Shown in pieces: positions 40,574 through 54,600 of a DNA stretch of 64,000 bases. Each line of letters starts with the position of its first letter. Positions within the stretch are counted from its first letter, which is position 1. The translations under genes were made by a program, and so were the position numbers. Source of the stretch: Nitrosopumilus sp. (GTDB lineage: Archaea > Thermoproteota > Nitrososphaeria > Nitrososphaerales > Nitrosopumilaceae); the NCBI GenBank assembly GCA_965206745.1, contig OZ242220.1, positions 1,440,001 to 1,504,000 on the forward strand. The letters run 5' to 3'. The notes beneath the pieces are model-generated. The model had not been told where the DNA came from and searched no databases. It was given only the letters and a program-made list of their open reading frames with translations.

Positions 40574-41641
40574 TTATCTCTTCATTCTAGCAGCTAGGAC
40601 AGGGAGCTCCTTCTCTATTATCTTCTCTACTGCCGGAACAATGCCTGCTCTAGCTTTTACGCTCTCCTCATAAAGCTCTGCAACCTGGTCCCTGAAGAGC
40701 AGCTTGATTCCAGCAAGTGCAGTGATCCCCTCATCGACTGTTCTGGGATCAGAGAGATCCAAGACCAGCGTGCCCTTTTTCTTCTCCTCCATGACCAGTC
40801 TAATCCTATCAAAGGTGATCAAAAAGTAGTCAGACGTGGTTGCAACAAAGACAATGTCATACTTGTCAAACCCTGTCAAGACGTCATTAAAGTCCACAGG
40901 CGTCCCCCCAAGGATTGTCGTAAAGCCGGTAACGCGTTGCACGCTCTTGCTTGCCACATCAAACTCGATACCCTTCTTCTTGAGTGTTTTTGCAAGCATT
41001 GCGGCAGGCTCGCCTGTTCCAATCACCAAGACCTTCTTCTTGGAGTCAAGTCCTGCCTTCTCATCTACTAGCTTTACTGCCACATCACCTAGCGAGACGA
41101 CATCCTTTGCAATTCCAGTAGTGTCCCTTATTCGTGTGGCCAGCCTGATTACACTCTCAAATAATTTATTCAAGATACTTCCAGACACGCCGGTATCCTT
41201 TGCATTTGCCAGGGATTGCACGATCTCATCAAAGATCTCCTGCTTTCCTACCACTACAGAGTCCAGTCCCGATGCCAACCGCAGCAGATACATGTAAACG
41301 TCATCACCCTTGTAAACCTCAAGGGTCTGATCAAAGTGATCAATGTCAATCTGCTCCAGGGAAGACAGGGACACCCAGGTATCCTTGATTTGGTTCAGTA
41401 CGAGCATTTTGCCCTCTGCTCTTCTTGCGTCAGGGGTGTCCTCAGTCTCCACGTTACTTACCGTAAAGATCTCCACCCTGCTTGCAGTCTGAATAATGAT
41501 GCACTCCTCAACGCCGGGGATCTTTTTGAATTCCTCACATGCGGCACCGACATCCTTGAATGTAAATTTTGATAGCGTGTGCAGCGGGATGTTTTTAAAA
41601 GTCACTCGCGCATTCATCACGTCAAAAGATACCTGTCCCAA
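40574..41641 (-). CDS. Glutamyl-tRNA reductase (HemA)-like protein lacking the catalytic Cys
   Basis: ASGLDS.VVG..EI, NADPH-binding IGTGE and DLS.PR motifs, but TASR in place of TCNR; TTG start at 41641 preceded by SD-like GGAG. Confidence 0.8.
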   Translation of the reverse strand: MGQVSFDVMNARVTFKNIPLHTLSKFTFKDVGAACEEFKKIPGVEECIIIQTASRVEIFTVSNVETEDTPDARRAEGKMLVLNQIKDTWVSLSSLEQIDIDHFDQTLEVYKGDDVYMYLLRLASGLDSVVVGKQEIFDEIVQSLANAKDTGVSGSILNKLFESVIRLATRIRDTTGIAKDVVSLGDVAVKLVDEKAGLDSKKKVLVIGTGEPAAMLAKTLKKKGIEFDVASKSVQRVTGFTTILGGTPVDFNDVLTGFDKYDIVFVATTSDYFLITFDRIRLVMEEKKKGTLVLDLSDPRTVDEGITALAGIKLLFRDQVAELYEESVKARAGIVPAVEKIIEKELPVLAARMKR

Positions 41642-41654
41642 ACCACTCCACCTG

Positions 41655-42338
41655 CTATGCCTTAATCCTGTCCCGTCCGCCTTTGGCGGTTCTAAAAACA
41701 TTCATTCCAAGATAGAAATTCTCATGCAGTGACTCTAGGTAAGTAATCTGGTTCTCAGTATCTGTGATCTCCTTTTGTGTCGCATCAGGATCATCTTGTA
41801 GTTGTGCAAGTTTCCCTTTGAGTTCCTCCAGAAAGGAGTCGACGCCGCGCTCATAGTTTGAAACGCCGGCAAACTCAGGGCTGAGAACGTGCTGTGGGGT
41901 ATATGCAGGGGTTTGATCCTGCGGGATTTCAGCCATTCTTGTCAGCGACTCTTGCTCGTCAGCAGAGAGGATAGGTCGTGGAAAACGGTCTGCCTTGTCC
42001 AGCCAAAATTCTGGTTCGCCCATATCGCGTCTAAAGATCTCCTCGCCCTGTCTCTTAAAAGTATAATCTGATTTTTTTGCCGATTCTGCCTTTACCTCTG
42101 CAGCAATTGCCTTGTACTCTTCTTCTGCTGCCTCCTCTGCTTGCGCCTTGGCTTTGGCTGCATTGGCCAGTGCCTTTTTGACTGCATTTTCTGCAGCTTC
42201 TGCTGCCTTGGTGGCAGCCTCCGCTTTGGCTATTGCAGATTCTGCTGAATTGGCCTCAAGTTTTGCAGCTTGGTTAGTAGCATCTTCGGATGGAGCCTCA
42301 GCAGGCTCTGCCTCTGATTCCTTTTTCTCTTCGGACAA
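41655..42338 (-). CDS. Hypothetical protein with Ala/Glu/Lys-rich coiled-coil N-terminus
   Basis: 227-aa ORF immediately upstream of the HemA-like gene. Confidence 0.75.
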   Translation of the reverse strand: MSEEKKESEAEPAEAPSEDATNQAAKLEANSAESAIAKAEAATKAAEAAENAVKKALANAAKAKAQAEEAAEEEYKAIAAEVKAESAKKSDYTFKRQGEEIFRRDMGEPEFWLDKADRFPRPILSADEQESLTRMAEIPQDQTPAYTPQHVLSPEFAGVSNYERGVDSFLEELKGKLAQLQDDPDATQKEITDTENQITYLESLHENFYLGMNVFRTAKGGRDRIKA

Positions 42339-42660
42339 TGAAATTTACTGAAATTGCCTGAATTTTAATATTCTTGTGGCAGTGGTTACTTGAAGAATGT
42401 TTTCTGATGGCAGTTTTTTGGGCGTGTCTCTGATCGGCAGAAAGGATCATGGGTTCCTCAAAAGGGAACATTCTCCCTTTCATTGACAAGGCCTTCCAAT
42501 GGGTGGTTTAGGGTATCAGGGGGAATCTTTTGGTGCATCCGCAGTACGTACTTTTTGGGTCGGTGCGATTTGAGGTGGGCCTCTCTGGATTACAGTCAGA
42601 TGATACCATGCTAGAACGGATCCCAAAGATTACAGGGTTGGCCAGTCAGCAAGACAAGGA

Positions 42661-45600
42661 CTAGTTTAACAGGTCTAATATTCTCTGCGCCTTGCCCTGC
42701 TCAATGTCGAGCTCCTCTGCGAGTTTTTCTGACTTTGAGACGCTGGACTTTGGATTTGAATAGTCATAGCTGAATGTCTGGTCAGGTATGGATACCAGCT
42801 TGCTTGCGTCAAATATCATAGTTGCCCTGTCTTGCTCCTGCTGCATCAGATTCTCAAAGTTTGAGTGCATCCTAGTCATCACGTTGACTGCACCGTCTGT
42901 GAATCGCTCCATCTCAGGTGAGGTAACTGAGAACCAGCTGCCGTGATCATTTTGTGTCCAGAGGTATCCCGAATCATCCTCCCAGATGTTGTAGCGCCTG
43001 TCCTGCTGGGTCAGGGTGATGATCTTTGCCGGTCCCTGGTTTGTCTTTTTCTGCACGATATACTGTGTCTTTGATTCAAGCAGAGAGTCGCCTGCAAACT
43101 CTACGCCCTCGTTGATGTACGTTACGGTGCTGCGTCGCTTGGAATCTACTGCAGATATTGCAAGCACGTCTGATTTCAGTGGCGCGTTAATCTTGAAGGA
43201 TATCTCAAAGGAGTGGCATATCGTACTAGAGCCGGGATTGCATGCGCCGCTGGTGACTGTGGCAGTTGTCTTGTTCTCGTCTACTAGCGACTCTTTTTGC
43301 TCGTGAATAATCTCATCTATATCATAGCCGACTGGACTGGTATAGTTCCTGTTTAGCATCAGTATGATGTCAGTTTCTGCATCTGTTGCCGCACCAATCT
43401 CGGGCACTCCAAGGGATAGTACCACATACCTGAATCCGTCAGCTGCATATGCCTTCATGGTGACGTTGTTTGTATCGCCGATTATTGACGATGTCCTTCT
43501 AAAGTCAGTGTGCCAGTTGTCAGTGACATCTAGTGTGCGGCCATTGAATGTGAATCCGTCCCTGACTAGCTGCGATGGGAGCACCTCCCATGACTTGCCA
43601 AAGGTTGGCTTTTTCTGCCAGTCATTTGAGCCGCCGTTTGTGGTTCTACGCAGTGTCAGCTCACCGTCTTGCGCAGACAATTCCCCGGTACCATCCTCAA
43701 ATGACCAGGTAAACTCGAACAATCTTGAGCTCTGACCAGATTCTAGATAACTAGAGTTAAACTGTGCAGAGAATCCACCTGTCTGATTATTTAGGGAAGA
43801 TGCGATGGATTCGGGCAAGCTACCCATATCTTTAATCCTGTATATTGACGTGTCATCTGGTGGACTCTCAGTCGGGTTTATGACTGCCCTACTCAGGTCT
43901 GGAATGTGTTGGTTGGGTCTTATTATATGTGAATACTGCCTAAATTCAGGTACTATGTTTACCTCGTTTACGATAATTTCGATATTTAGCGTAGCATCCT
44001 GATTGAGTGGCTCTGTATCAGTGAGGGTGATTGTGAATCCGACTGTGGTGTTGCCGTGAGTATCATCAGGTGTCCATGTGAATATTCCACTGGTTCTACC
44101 TATCTCTGCATTAGTATCAGTTGGGAATATTATGGCCCAGTCACCATCAACATCATTTGGAGTCAGATCATCATCGCTCAGGGTAAATGTCAGCATATCG
44201 TGTTCATCAACTGTTAGGCCTGGATCAGGAATGCCTCCGATCATGGGATCATGCCCGACGTTTATGATAGGGCCAATTATTAAAAAGTGTATTTCCATAG
44301 TGACTGGAGTAGAAATTATACCATCAGTCACTTGGACTATCCTTGTTATCGATGTACCGTCATGGACGTCACGAGGTGTGAATGTAAATACGCCGGTATC
44401 TCTATCAATGCTTCCCTGATCATTATTGCCATCCTCTAGACTCCATACCAGAGGCTCATCACCATCAGGATGCATAGCGGTGAAGGGTATTATTAGGGGC
44501 ACATCCACAGCGAGCCCTACAGGGAAATCTACAGGGAGACCTACAAAGAGATCTGGTGTGTTTATTACCGGTGGCAGGTTGTCGTTGGTTACCTCTATGG
44601 AACTAGTCTGCATTATGTTAGCATTTGGACCGTTGCCGTCGTCATTGTATGTCCACCTGAACTCGAACCGTTCTGGTGAGAGTGCGTTAGTTGTCGCATT
44701 ATGGGATACGGTTCCTTCAAATGTTCCATCATCAGGGTTTATCCTTATTCCAAGTGGCAGTTCGCCAGATTCGTGGGTATATGTTATGTCAGATGACGGA
44801 TTCTCCACATCATCTGTAATTGTAATTGAGAGCGAGCCAGGTACTGGGTTTCCCTCGACTACTTGCACATTGTATAGTGTGCCAGATAGGGTTGGTTCCT
44901 GGTTTGAAGTGTCTGCATTTACAGTAATTGCGTGAGGTACGCTTGCTCGTTGATTATCAACGTCAGTCAGAGTGAATGTAAACTCGACTGTAGTATCGAC
45001 AAACTGTGAACCGGGAGTCCATGAGAATAGTATGTTTTGTCCGGTGGTTGCATTAAGTGTTGCGCCAGTAGTAGTGGTTGAATTATCTGATAGTCTCCAT
45101 ATTGGCAGAGGATCATTTCTGTCAAGATCATCGCCGGTCACGATAAATGATACGGGACTACCAACAATAATTTCTCTAGGAGCAGTACTTGAAATAGGAT
45201 CTACTGTAGGCGCTCGGTTATTGTTGTTTATTGTCAGTCTGGCATCATATTCTGCTCGTGCTGTTCCAGCATTATCCTCATAGCTCCAGACAAAGTTATA
45301 GATTACCTCGCCTTCTGCATGATTTACTGTATCAAATGGAAGCCTGCCGCCTGCAAATACACCTGACTGTTCATTTAGGGTCCCTGCAACAGGCAAGTCG
45401 CCAGATACGTACCTGAATTCACGTATAATGCCAGGTGGCATTCCGTCAGGATATGTAATTACACTAGACAGGGAAGGAATGATCTGATTCTCTGATCTAG
45501 TAAAGTTGTATGAACCGATTGTAGCAGGGGTTGGCGGTTCACTTGTTGCAGACACAGTAATTGTGTGCGGTTCAGTGCTAGACCCACCATGACCATCACT

Positions 45601-48600
45601 TAGCGTAAATGTAAATACAGTATCACCCATATGGTCTTCCGTAGGAGTCCATGTGAATTCTATGTTTCGTCCGGTGGTTGCATTAAGTGTTGCGCCAGTA
45701 GCGGTTGAAGAATCATCTGATAGGGACCATGTCAAAGGATCTCCATCAGGATCCGTACCGGTCAGAGGGAATGTAACTGAGCTGCCTGCATCAACTTGGG
45801 AAGGAGTATTAGGAATGCCTGCGATTACTGGATTCTGGTTTGAAGTGTCTGCATTTACAGTAATTGCGTGAGGTACGCTTGCTCGTTGATTATCAACGTC
45901 AGTCAGAGTGAATGTAAACTCGACTGTAGTATCGACAAACTGTGAACCGGGAGTCCATGAGAATAGTATGTTTTGTCCGGTGGTTGCATTAAGTGTTGCG
46001 CCAGTAGTAGTGGTTGAATTATCTGATAGTCTCCATATTGGCAGAGGATCATTTCTGTCAAGATCATCGCCGGTCACGATAAATGATACGGGACTACCAA
46101 CAATAATTTCTCTAGGAGCAGTACTTGAAATAGGATCTACTGTAGGCGCTCGGTTATTGTTGTTTATTGTCAGTCTGGCATCATATTCTGCTCGTGCTGT
46201 TCCAGCATTATCCTCATAGCTCCAGACAAAGTTATAGATTACCTCGCCTTCTGCATGATTTACTGTATCAAATGGAAGCCTGCCGCCTGCAAATACACCT
46301 GACTGTTCATTTAGGGTCCCTGCAACAGGCAAGTCGCCAGATACGTACCTGAATTCACGTATAATGCCAGGTGGCATTCCGTCAGGATATGTAATTACAC
46401 TAGACAGGGAAGGAATGATCTGATTCTCTGATCTAGTAAAGTTGTATGAACCGATTGTAGCAGGGGTTGGCGGTTCACTTGCTGCAGACACAATAATTGT
46501 GTGCGGTTCAGTGCTAGACCCACCATGACCATCACTTAGCGTAAATGTAAATTCGTTATCACCTATATGCGCTTCTGCAGGAGTCCATGAGAATTCTATG
46601 TTTGATCCGGTGGTTGCATTAAGTGTTGCACCCAGAGTGTTAGGCGATAGAACCCATGTCAAAGAATTCCTATCAGGATCCATACCGGTCACGACAAATG
46701 TGACTGGGTTGCCTACAACAGCTGTGGGATCGGCATCCGCTGGGATGGTTATTTCTGGGTCTCTGACAGGTATATCAAATGATATATCCCTAGTGACTGG
46801 AGTAGTAATTATACCATCAGTCAATTGGACTGTCCTCGTTACCATTTGACCTTCCTGGGAGCTAAGAGGTGTAAATTCATATTCGCCGGTAAGCCTATTA
46901 ATTACTGCGCCCTCATTATTGCCATCAAGTATACTCCATGCAAAGTTAGCAGCATCACCGGGATCAGGATCCATACCCTCAAAATCTATCGGTTCTATTG
47001 CTTCACCTACATTGGGCATATCATCGTAATCTAGTGGGTCATCTATTGTCGGGGATCGGTTGACGTCGGTTACAGTTATGGTACCAGACTGCACCCCTGC
47101 TGATCCAATGCCGTCTGCAAATATCCAATTAAAGTTAAAGGTTACAGAACCTTGTGCAGCGGTTACATCATCAAATGGAATGGTGCCATCAAATTCGCCG
47201 GTGTCAGAATCCAAAAGATTTATGATGCCCTGAGGCAGGTTGCCGCCTGTGACTTCATACCCGGAGATAGTTTGTGCCGGAGTCAGAACAGAATCTATAA
47301 CTTCACTATACAAAGAGGGAAGAGTGTCACCTTCTGCTACTATCTCATCATAGGTATTAAATGAAGGCAGTTCCTCGACTGTCAGGGTGTAGGTACCTGA
47401 ATCAGGACCTGCAGTAGTGCTTGTTGCAGTGTAGTCTATTGCAAAGTCCTGTGATGTCGAACCGTCATTTATGGCATCAAGGTCTAGATTTCCAGTTATG
47501 GTACATGCGGCATTAAGTGTGAGACTGCCAGGCAGTAGGGAGTCAGGGGCACAGGTTATTTCGCCATCACCTGTAACTCCAAGTGGGATGTCTACTGTCT
47601 CACCTTCTGTGCGAGTTGAGGTACCGTTCGGTGCAGTAATTGTTGAAACGTCATCTACCAGTATGGTGCCAGGCTGGGATCCAGATGTAGATTCACCAAC
47701 ACTGTATGTCCATTCAAATGGGAATGGTCGTGGTGAGTTTCCGGCAGTTGTAGCATCATGGGGTACGGTTCCTGCAAATGTTCCATCATCACGGTTTAGC
47801 GTTATGCCAGATGGCAGTGCTTCAGTAAGTACGATGTCATATGTTATGCCAGGTACCGACTCTACACCAACTATTACACTTGCAAGCGAGGTGGGTATTT
47901 GCTGTCCCTCATCGACATCAACAGTGTATGGGCCAGATGTGTCAGGCAGTTCACTTGCTGCTGCAGACACAATAATTGTGTGCGGTTCAGTGCTAGATCC
48001 ACCACGACCATCACTTAGCGTAAATGTAAATTCGTTAGGACCTATATGCGCTTCTGCAGGAGTCCATGTGAATTCTATGCTTGATCCGGTGGTTGCATTA
48101 AGTACTGCACCGGTGGCAGTTGAAGAATCATCTGATAGGGACCATGTCAAAGTATTGCCATCAGGATCCTCACCGGTCACTACAAATGTGACTGGGTCGC
48201 CTACAACAGCTGTGGTATCGGCATCCGGTGGGATGGTTATGATTGGGTCTCTGACAGGTATAGTAAATTCTATTATCCTAGTGGCTGGAGTAGTAATTAT
48301 ACCATCAGTCACTTGGACTGTCCTATCTGCAAATCCACCTTCATGGAAATGAGGAGGCGTATATGTAAAGAATCCGGTTCTCGCATCAATTTCTGCACCC
48401 TGATCATTGCCGCGTTCTAGACTCCATACCAGTTCCTCATCACCATCAAGATGCGTAGCGGTGAACTGTATTTCTACGAGGTCACCTACATTGGGTGTAG
48501 GATCGAAAGTGTCTGGGGTATTTATTGTCGGTGCCAGGTTGACGTTGATTACCTCTATGGAACTAGTCTGAGTTATGTTAGCATTTGGACCGTTGCCGTC

Positions 48601-51600
48601 GTCATTGTATGTCCACCTGAACTCGAACCGTTCTGGTGAGAGTGCGTTAGTTGTCGCATTATGGGATACGGTTCCTTCAAATGTTCCATCATCAGGGTTT
48701 AGCCTTATTCCAAGTGGCAGTTCGCCAGATTCGTGGGTATATCTTATTATGGGGAATAGCGTATCGTCGGGATCATTAATTGCACCTGAGAGGGAACGTA
48801 GTACTGAGTCTCCCTCGCGGACTTGCTCACTGTACGGTGTGTCAGATAGGGACGGTGGTGCGTTTGTCTCTGCCACATCAAATGCGATGGTATAGGTGGC
48901 TACCTTCTCTCCGGGATCAGTCAGGGTGATTATAAAGTGGACTGTGCTGCTGCCGTGGGATTCACCTGGTGTCCACGTGAATATGCCATCTTGATCAATC
49001 ACTGCATTGTTGGTTGCATTTGCCTGTACAGTCCACTCCGGCTCATCATCACCTGTATCAGTGTCAGGATCCATGCCCTCAAAGTCAACTGATACCAATT
49101 CTCCCTCATCAGGTGTATCATCAACAGCACCTGAAGGACCGTCTATCACAGGTGCTCTGTTATAGTTGGTTACAGTGATTGTGCCAGCCCGGACAGGTTC
49201 TGGTGTATTGACGCCGTCATCATATGTCCATTGGATGGTGTAGACTCTGGTAGGGTCTGCATAGGTTGCAGTGTCAAATGGGAATGATGCATCAAATGCG
49301 CCAGTTGTCTCATCAAAGGAGCCGCTGACGACAGCAGGTAGTGGAGGGTCGCTTGATTCTAACGTGTATACGATGGTGCCAGATGACGATTCCACAGGGT
49401 CACTTACCGCACTTGAGAGTGGCGGAATTCTGCCGCCTTCAGATACTCCGGCATTATATTCAGATAGGTCTGGTATCTCGTCTATTGTTGGTGTGAGTTC
49501 CGTCTCAGATACGGTAAATTCAATCTCTTCAGTGGCTCTTGCGCCTATAGGATCAGTGAGGGTGATGTTAAATGAGACAGTGTCTCCATCGCCATACTGA
49601 CCGCCTGGAATCCACAAAAAGTCACCGGTGGCAGGATTGATAATTGCGCCGTCATTGTTTGGAGATATGCCCCATATTGGTGCAGCCTCGCCTGTAGTGT
49701 CATCAGTATCAGGATCCATACCCTCAAAGTCATATGATACTGCTTGGAATTGGGCAGGTGTATTGTTGATACCGTTCGGAGGTGTGATTACAGGCTCTCG
49801 GTTGTCGTTGTTTACTGTCAGTATGGCAAACATTTGAGGCGGTGATGGGTTGGTGTCATCTGTATACGTCCATGTAATGTTATAGTTTACAAAGCCTGGA
49901 TCAGAGTCTGCAGTGTCAAATGGGAACGTGTCTGAAAAGTCACCGGTTGCACTATCAATGGTGATACCAGGCAGTGGAGGGTCACTTGATACAAATGTAT
50001 AACTGATGGTACCGTCTGGAGAATCTTCGGCAGGGTCGCTGACTACGATGGAGAGTGACGGTACATCCTGTCCTTCAAGGATTGACTGTGAGTATTGGAC
50101 AATTCGGGGCGGATCACTTTCTGGCGTGTTTGGAGTGTCAGTTATGACAAATGGGACAGTCCTTGTGACCTGCTCATCTGCAGCATCAGTTAAGGTGAAT
50201 ATAACATCTACTGTGCCGGCGTGGGACTCGCCTGGAATCCACAGGAATGTGCCGTTTTCTGGATGAATCGTTGCATCGACAGTAGCATCAGCAGAGGATA
50301 CGCTCCACCTTGGCAGAGGATCGTTTGTGTCCTCATCAGAGCCGCTGGCAATAAATGATATTATTTCAAACTCAGAGTATGTCCTGGGGCCCGGAATCAG
50401 GTCAATTGTAGGTGCTCGGTTCTCGTTCTCTACAGTCAGGATGCCGTGCTGTACAGGAGAGGTTACAGAGTTGTATGTAAGGGTCCACTCAAACTCGTAG
50501 GTTGCAGGATCCTCCAAGGCAGATACCGTATCGTATGGAATGACATTTCTAAATGCGCCGGTGTTAGTATTCAGGAGATCTTTGAGGGATTCAGGCAGGG
50601 TGCCTTCTCCGATGTCGTAGACTAGTGTGGCGCCTGGTGGAATTGTATCGGGGTCAACTGCATCAGACAGTGAAGGAATCACGCTATTCTCTGCTACTCT
50701 TTCTGTGTAGGAGGTAAATGTCGGTTCGACACTTTGAGGCGGCTCGGTTCTCTCCTGCACGTCAACTGTGATGATTCGGTCATCCTTGTCCCCTGCAGGA
50801 TCAGTGAGGGTGAGCTTGAATGAGGCCGTGGTACTGGCATGAGTGTCATCAGGGGTCCACGTGAATAGACCGCTTGTCCTGCCAATCTCTGCACCGTCAT
50901 CATTTGGAGATATGCTCCATGTTGGGGCAGCCTCGCCTGTAGCAGAATCAGTATCGGGATCATCGCCTGTCATGGTAAATTGCAGGGTATCTCCAGGACT
51001 AGGTGAGACAAACGAGGGTGTTGCACCTATCACGGGCTCTCGGTTGTCGTTGTTTACTCGCAACGAGCCGAATTGTTCCTCTGGTACTGCACCACTGCCG
51101 TCTGTATACATCCATGTTATCTCATATCGTATAAAGCCAGGATCAGAGTCTGTGGTGTTAAATGGGAATGATCCGTCAAAGTCACCGGTGTTCTCATCAA
51201 AGTCGACGTCATCAGGCAGGTCCGGGCTGATGTCTAACAATTCATAACGGATGGCACCGTCTGGCGGAACCTCTACGGGATCTCGGACCAGTTCTGAGAG
51301 ACTGGGAATTGGACTGCCTTCCAATACTCCCCTCACGTAACGGAATATGGCAGGTTCCTCATTTACGTCTGGCGTGTCATCAACATTAGTTATGGTAAAG
51401 TCAAGCGGTACATCGTCTTTGTCACCTACAGGATCAGTGAGGGTGACGTTAAATGAGACTGTGTCTCCCTCGTCATACTGGTCACCCACAATCCACGTGA
51501 ATGCCCCACTGGTGGAATTGATGTATGCACCGTCATCATTTGGAGATATGCTCCATGTTGGGGGATCATCACCTGTATCAGTATCTTCATCCATACCCTC

Positions 51601-54600
51601 AAAGTCAAATGATACTGTTTGGAGTTCTGTAGGGTTTTCGTTGAAGCCGGTTCGAGTTGTAATTACAGGTGCCCGGTTGTCGTTGTTTACTGTCAGTATG
51701 GCAAACTGTTCATCTGATGTACCAGTGCCGTCTGTATACGTCCATGTAATGTTATAGGTTACAAAGCCCGGATCAGAGTTTACAGTGTCAAATGGGAACG
51801 TGGCTGAAAAGTCACCGGTTGCCCCAATGGCGACAGGCAGTGGAGGGTCACTTGATACAAATGTATAACTGATGGCACCGACTGTCCCATCCTCGGCAGG
51901 GTCGCTGACTGCGATGGAGAGTGACGGGACATCCTGTCCTTCAAGTACAGTCTGTGAGTATGAGACAATTCGGGGCGGATCGTCACCTGACGTGTTTGGA
52001 GTGTCAATTATGTTAAATATGACAGTCTCTGTGTCCAGCTCACCTGCAGCATCAGTCAAGTTAAATGTAAACAGGATTGTGCTGCCGCCGCGAGACTCAT
52101 CTGGAATCCACAGGAATGCCCCATTCTCCAGATGAATCTCTGCATCAGTGGAGACGGTGGCATTGTCCGATACACTCCACCTTGGCAGAGGATCGTTTGT
52201 GTCCTCATCAAAGCCTCGCACGGTAAATGATATTATTTCAAACTCAGAGTATGTCCTGGGGCCCGGAATCGGATCAACTGTTGGCAGTCTGTTGTTGTTC
52301 TCTACAGTTATGGTACTGTACTGCATCGGCGATGTTCCGGTGCCGTCCTCAAATGTCCACTCAATCTCGTAGGTTACAGAACCCTCCAGGGCAGATACCG
52401 TATCAAATGGGAACGTGGCTGAAAAGTCACCGGTTGCCGTATCAAAGGATCCTCTGATGTCATCAGGCAGGTTGTGTGATGTGATATTATATGTGGATAC
52501 AAGGTCTGCCTCTGCTTCCTCAGGGTTGGTGACTGCATCAGATAGTGAAGGGATTGGCGCATCCTCCTGTATCCTTTCTGTATAGGAGGCAAATGTCGGC
52601 ACATTGTTTGGATCTACTGTAAACGTGTGGATTGCAGTGGCAGGGATACCTTCCTCATCAGTTATGCTGAATGTGAATTCGACTCCAGTACCGCCATGCA
52701 CATCACGTGGAGTCCACGAGAATACACCACTCTGAGAAATTGTTGCATCTGTATTGGCATCAGAGTCATTAGAGGATACGCTCCATGTTGGCGGGTCGTC
52801 ATTGGTGTCATCATCCCCGCCTAGCAGGGCAACTGGTACATTTTGACCGACAAAAATCAGTTCAGGTGTACCATCTGGAACCTGGATGGTTGGGAGCTGG
52901 TTGAGGTTCGTTACGTTTAGTGTACCAGGCTGATTCGGTGATGTTGTTCCAGAGCCGTCAGTGAAGGTCCACGCAAACGTAAAGAATTGGAATTCTTGCT
53001 CAAATGATACGGTATCAAATGGAATGACAGGACTAAACGCGCCAGTGTTTTCATTCAGAGTAACTGCAACCATACTCAGATTGCCAATTCCATCTACGAT
53101 GGCATATCTGGGAGGGGTCTCTGAGGATTCATCAAGGTTGTTGACGAAATCAGAGAGGGGAGGAACGGCATCACCTTCTGGCACTGTCTCGGCATACATA
53201 TCAAATGGGGATGTCACAGCATTGACTGTCAGGGTGTAGGTACCTGAAGCAGTATCTACAGTGTTTGTTGCATCGTATTCTATTGTAAATTGCCGCGATA
53301 ATTCTCCGTCAGGTACGACATTATCACTTATAGTACCAGTTATGGCACAGTTCATCTCATCAAATATGAGATCGTCAGGCAGGTTCCTGGGGTCGGTGAT
53401 GGTACAGGTTACGCCGCCTGGACCCGTAGCTCCAAGTGGGATGTCTACTGTCTCACCTTCTGTGCGAGTTGAGGTACCGTTCGGTGCAGTAATTGTTGAA
53501 ACGTCATCTACCAGTATGGTGCCAGGCTGGGATCCAGATGTAGATTCACCAACACTGTATGTCCATTCAAATGGGAATGGTCGTGGTGAGTTTCCGGCAG
53601 TTGTGGCATCATGGGGTACGGTTCCTGCAAATGTTCCATCATCACGGTTTAGCGTTATGCCAGATGGCAGTGCTTCAGTAAGTACGATGTCATATGTTAT
53701 GCCAGGTACCGACTCTACACCAACTATTACACTTGCAAGCGAGGTGGGTATTTGCTGTCCCTCATCGACATCAACAGTGTATGGGCCAGATGTGTCAGGC
53801 AGTTCACTTGCTGCTGCAGACACAATAATTGTGTGCGGTTCAGTGCTAGATCCACCACGACCATCACTTAGCGTAAATGTAAATTCGTTAGGACCTATAT
53901 GCGCTTCTGCAGGAGTCCATGTGAATTCTATGCTTGATCCGGTGGTTGCATTAAGTACTGCACCGGTGGCAGTTGAAGAATCATCTGATAGGGACCATGT
54001 CAAAGTATTGCCATCAGGATCCTCACCGGTCACTACAAATGTGACTGGGTCGCCTACAACAGCTGTGGTATCGGCATCCGGTGGGATGGTTATGATTGGG
54101 TCTCTGACAGGTATAGTAAATTCTATTATCCTAGTGGCTGGAGTAGTAATTATACCATCAGTCACTTGGACTGTCCTATCTGCAAATCCACCTTCATGGA
54201 AATGAGGAGGCGTATATGTAAAGAATCCGGTTCTCGCATCAATTTCTGCACCCTGATCATTGCCGCGTTCTAGACTCCATACCAGTTCCTCATCACCATC
54301 AAGATGCGTAGCGGTGAACTGTATTTCTACGAGGTCACCTACATTGGGTGTAGGATCGAAAGTGTCTGGGGTATTTATTGTCGGTGCCAGGTTGACGTTG
54401 ATTACCTCTATGGAACTAGTCTGAGTTATGTTAGCATTTGGACCGTTGCCGTCGTCATTGTATGTCCACCTGAACTCGAACCGTTCTGGTGAGAGTGCGT
54501 TAGTTGTCGCATTATGGGATACGGTTCCTTCAAATGTTCCATCATCAGGGTTTAGCCTTATTCCAAGTGGCAGTTCGCCAGATTCGTGGGTATATCTTAT

